Assembly: GCF_003334355.1 (NCBI RefSeq)
Contig: NZ_QOWP01000085.1
DNA length: 1,567 nucleotides
Origin: Escherichia coli
Lineage (GTDB): Bacteria; Pseudomonadota; Gammaproteobacteria; Enterobacterales; Enterobacteriaceae
Reading direction: 5' to 3' (one strand)
How positions within the stretch are numbered: the first letter of the stretch is position 1; every line of letters starts with the position of its first letter. Under the pieces are notes generated by a model. The model was not told where the DNA came from. It did not search any database and saw only the letters and a list, made by a program, of their open reading frames with translations. The position numbers were made by a program, and so were the translations under genes. This document shows positions 1 through 1,567 of the stretch, in pieces.

Positions 1-1145
1 GACGATGCGGCTGCCGTTTTTGAGGATTCTGCACGGGTTTCCGACGCTTTCGCGTTCGTTTCGGATGTCTTCGCTGCGGAAGCAGACTTCGCTGCTGCGC
101 TGGCCTGTACAGCGGCTTCGCCAGCATTCGTTGTGGCTGTTGAAGCTGACGATGCAGCACTTTCTGCCGATTTTCCGGCGGCGGTGGCACTGGCTGAGGC
201 CTGCCCGGCACTTGTTGACGCGGCACTGGCAGATAATGCAGCCGCTGTTTTTGAGCCTGCCGCAGCTGAGGCGCTCTGTCCCGCTGCCGTTTCAGAAGAC
301 CTGGCGTTCGTCTCGGACGTTTTTGCCGCCTTCGCAGAATTTGCTGCCGCCGTTGCCGAGGAAGCGGCACTACTGGCGCTCGAGGCTGCGCTCGTTTCTG
401 ATGATTTTGCCGCCTCTTTTGAGGCCGCCGCATCCCGGGCTGAGGTGGCAGCTTCTGACGCCTTCGTGGTCGCGGCGGATGCAGAAGTGGCTGCTGATTG
501 TTGTGACGCTGCCGCATTCGTTTCTGACGTTTTCGCCGCAGCGGCACTGGTAGCTGCCGCGCTTTTTGAGGACTCTGCAGCAGCAGCACTTTTCGATGCT
601 TCACTGGCCTTTGTTGATGCCGTTCCTGCGCTGGAAGATGCTGACTGAGCAGATGATGCAGCCTGTCCGGCTGACGTGCTGGCGGCACGAGCTGAGCCTG
701 CAGCATCGGTTGTATGAGTTGCCGCCTCACTGGCAGATGTGCTGGCATCACTGGCTGACTTCTTCGCGGCTGCCGTGTTCTGTGCCACTGCGGACGCGTT
801 ACGCGCCACCTCTTCCACCATCAGTTCAAAACGTCGCAGAGCCTCCGGACGGGCATCATCCTCCGTCATGGCACCGAGAAAATCATTCAGCGTACCGGGT
901 CGGGAATCTTCATACACGGTGATGGTCCCGGCATGTGACGGCGGGAATCCTTCCACCAACAGAATAACGCTGTACTGACCGTACTCAACGTCCATGCTGT
1001 AACGCCCGGCTTCATCCGGATTTTCTGAGGCCAGCGTGTTCACCACCACCGCGGTGCTGTTACGTTTTGCTTTCAGCTGGATTGTGCAGTTCTGTACCGG
1101 TTTTCCTGTGCCGTCTTTCAGTACACCTGAAATCTTTACTGCCAT
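1..1145 (-). CDS. stf: Side tail fibre protein Stf (lambda orf-401-like), N-terminal 381 codons; 3' end runs off the window at position 1
   Basis: Hand translation of the minus strand from ATG (plus-strand 'cat' at 1143-1145) gives MAVKISGVLKDGTGKPVQNCTIQLKAKRNSTAVVVNTLASENPDEAGRYSMDVEYGQYSVILLVEGFPPSHAGTITVYEDSRPGTLNDFLGAMTEDDARPEALRRFELMVEEVARNAS, followed by a long Ala/Ser/Thr-rich region. The frame is open for 381 codons with no stop to the window edge. The N-terminus matches my recollection of lambda Stf/orf-401 and the gene sits directly downstream of lom as in lambda. Not in the ORF track because it lacks an in-window stop. Confidence 0.9.
   Translation of the reverse strand, partial: MAVKISGVLKDGTGKPVQNCTIQLKAKRNSTAVVVNTLASENPDEAGRYSMDVEYGQYSVILLVEGFPPSHAGTITVYEDSRPGTLNDFLGAMTEDDARPEALRRFELMVEEVARNASAVAQNTAAAKKSASDASTSASEAATHTTDAAGSARAASTSAGQAASSAQSASSSAGTASTKASEASKSAAAAESSKSAAATSAAAAKTSETNAAASQQSAATSASAATTKASEAATSARDAAASKEAAKSSETSAASSASSAASSATAAANSAKAAKTSETNARSSETAAGQSASAAAGSKTAAALSASAASTSAGQASASATAAGKSAESAASSASTATTNAGEAAVQASAAAKSASAAKTSETNAKASETRAESSKTAAAS
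3..806 (-). repeat. Protein-level heptad repeat array within stf (about 38 contiguous heptads, consensus x-[T/S]-S-A-[S/E]-x-A)
   Basis: Splitting Stf residues 114-379 into consecutive heptads gives Ser at position 3 in 31 of 38 heptads, Ala at position 4 in 25 of 38, and Ala at position 7 in 37 of 38, with no phase shift across the array. Counts are from hand translation. The DNA itself is not an exact tandem repeat. Confidence 0.7.
807..1145 (-). other. Stf N-terminal non-repetitive domain (residues 1-113), the part of phage tail fibres that usually attaches to the tail
   Basis: Residues 1-113 have mixed composition (aromatics, Pro, charged residues) with no heptad periodicity, in sharp contrast to the downstream Ala/Ser array. 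The attachment role is taken from general knowledge of lambdoid and other phage fibres, not shown by this sequence. Confidence 0.5.
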
Positions 1146-1148
1146 ATT

Positions 1149-1154
1149 CACCCC
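1149..1154 (-). promoter_or_regulatory. Putative Shine-Dalgarno region for stf
   Basis: Minus-strand sequence upstream of the stf ATG is ...UUUUUUGUGGGGUGAAU-AUG. The G-rich run GGGGUG sits at -9 to -4 relative to the A of ATG. Weak match to the GGAGG consensus; spacing is acceptable. Confidence 0.35.
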
Positions 1155-1156
1155 AC

Positions 1157-1183
1157 AAAAAAGCCCGCCTGAACAGGCGGGCT
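1157..1183 (-). terminator. Rho-independent terminator downstream of lom (minus-strand orientation)
   Basis: Minus-strand RNA would read AGCCCGCCU-GUUC-AGGCGGGCU followed by UUUUUU: a perfect 9-bp GC-rich stem (plus-strand 1162-1170 pairing with 1175-1183), 4-nt loop, and a 6-U tract (plus-strand A-run 1157-1162). It lies 27 nt after the lom stop. In the plus orientation no U-tract follows the hairpin. Confidence 0.65.
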
Positions 1184-1209
1184 GTCATAACACTGTGTTA
1201 CCTGGCTAA

Positions 1210-1567
1210 TCAGAACTTATAACCGACACCCACGATGAAACCGTCAGTGCGCCAGTCGCCACTGCCGGAGCCTTCATAAGCAATATCAATGGCCACGGAT
1301 TCGGTCGGGTTAAACTGCACGCCAGCTCCCCACGCCAGAGACGTGTTGCTGTGGCGACCGTCATCACTTCCGGTCAGCACGTCGTGCGTTTTCCCCTTGT
1401 TGTCAGTTACGCGGAGATAATCCCCGGAGAAAGTCGACACACGGCTGTAAGCCATACCCGCCATCGCATACGCGCTGAACCATTCATTCACGCGCACAGA
1501 CGGCCCCGCCATCACGCTGAACCAGCGGTTACGCACGGAATCTTCATGCCAGCGGGTATCGCTGTAA
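1210..1567 (-). CDS. lom: Lom outer membrane beta-barrel protein (Ail/Lom/OmpX/PagC family), C-terminal ~118 codons; true start lies beyond position 1567
   Basis: Minus-strand translation reads ...YSDTRWHEDSVRNRWFSVMAGPSVRVNEWFSAYAMAGMAYSRVSTFSGDYLRVTDNKGKTHDVLTGSDDGRHSNTSLAWGAGVQFNPTESVAIDIAYEGSGSGDWRTDGFIVGVGYKF then TGA (plus-strand 'tca' at 1210-1212). The frame stays open upstream of the track's GTG at 1536 through to the window end. The C-terminal aromatic residue and alternating hydrophobic last strand are typical of outer-membrane beta-barrels. Sequence matches my recollection of lambda Lom. Confidence 0.9.
   Translation of the reverse strand, partial: YSDTRWHEDSVRNRWFSVMAGPSVRVNEWFSAYAMAGMAYSRVSTFSGDYLRVTDNKGKTHDVLTGSDDGRHSNTSLAWGAGVQFNPTESVAIDIAYEGSGSGDWRTDGFIVGVGYKF

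Noticed and set aside
5-553. Plus-strand ORF (182 aa), Arg/Leu/Pro/Trp-rich
   Set aside because: Composition typical of an off-frame read through GC-rich coding DNA. It overlaps stf antisense and a second plus-strand ORF in another frame.
133-648. Plus-strand ORF (171 aa), Ala-rich: MAVEADDAALSADFPAAVALAEA...
   Set aside because: Lies entirely antisense to the strongly supported stf CDS. Its Ala richness is the reverse-complement shadow of stf GCN/TCN codons, and it has no recognisable domain or upstream signals.
678-685. Chi-like octamer gctggcgg (one mismatch to GCTGGTGG)
   Set aside because: Not an exact Chi site and it lies inside coding sequence; single-mismatch matches are expected by chance in GC-rich DNA.
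566-922. Plus-strand ORF (118 aa)
   Set aside because: Antisense to stf, with Trp/His/Arg/Leu-rich junk composition and no supporting signals.
739-978. Plus-strand ORF (79 aa)
   Set aside because: Antisense to stf, short, overlaps ORF 566-922 in a different frame; spurious.
1157-1183. The hairpin acting as a plus-strand terminator
   Set aside because: On the plus strand the hairpin is preceded, not followed, by the A/T run, so no U-tract follows the stem. Only the minus orientation gives a canonical intrinsic terminator.
1534-1536. GTG given by the ORF track as the lom start (108-aa product)
   Set aside because: The reading frame stays open upstream of this codon to the window end (...YSDTRWHEDS-VRNRWF...), and 108 aa is too short for a complete barrel of this family. 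The true start is beyond position 1567.
1-1567. Possibility of a novel or undescribed system (defence system, CRISPR array, toxin-antitoxin, RNA gene)
   Set aside because: Essentially all bases are accounted for by lom, stf and the terminator spacer. There are no exact DNA tandem repeats or spacer-repeat structure, no unassigned ORF with coding-like properties, and no structured-RNA candidate beyond the terminator hairpin.

Overview
The window is fully explained by two adjacent, well-characterised lambdoid phage genes, both on the minus strand; I find no support for a novel system. Positions 1210-1567 encode the C-terminal ~118 residues of the outer-membrane protein Lom (Ail/Lom/OmpX/PagC family; ends ...GFIVGVGYKF-stop), with the 5' end beyond the window. 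Positions 1-1145 encode the first 381 residues of the side tail fibre Stf (lambda orf-401-like; begins MAVKISGVLKDGTGKPVQNCTIQLKA...), with the 3' end beyond position 1. The supplied ORF track omits stf because it has no stop inside the window. The 64-nt spacer between them holds a textbook intrinsic terminator for minus-strand transcription, with its U-tract running into the stf ribosome-binding region. Gene order, spacer length and protein sequences match, from memory, phage lambda at roughly 19.2-20.8 kb read in reverse complement; no alignment was run, so identity to lambda versus a near-identical prophage is unverified. The four plus-strand ORFs in the track are antisense or off-frame shadows of the GC-rich, Ala/Ser-rich stf gene. 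The most interesting sequence-level signal is inside Stf: about 38 uninterrupted heptads (residues ~114-381) with Ser at position 3 and Ala at positions 4 and 7, including three in-phase copies of KTSETNA encoded by synonymously diverged codons.
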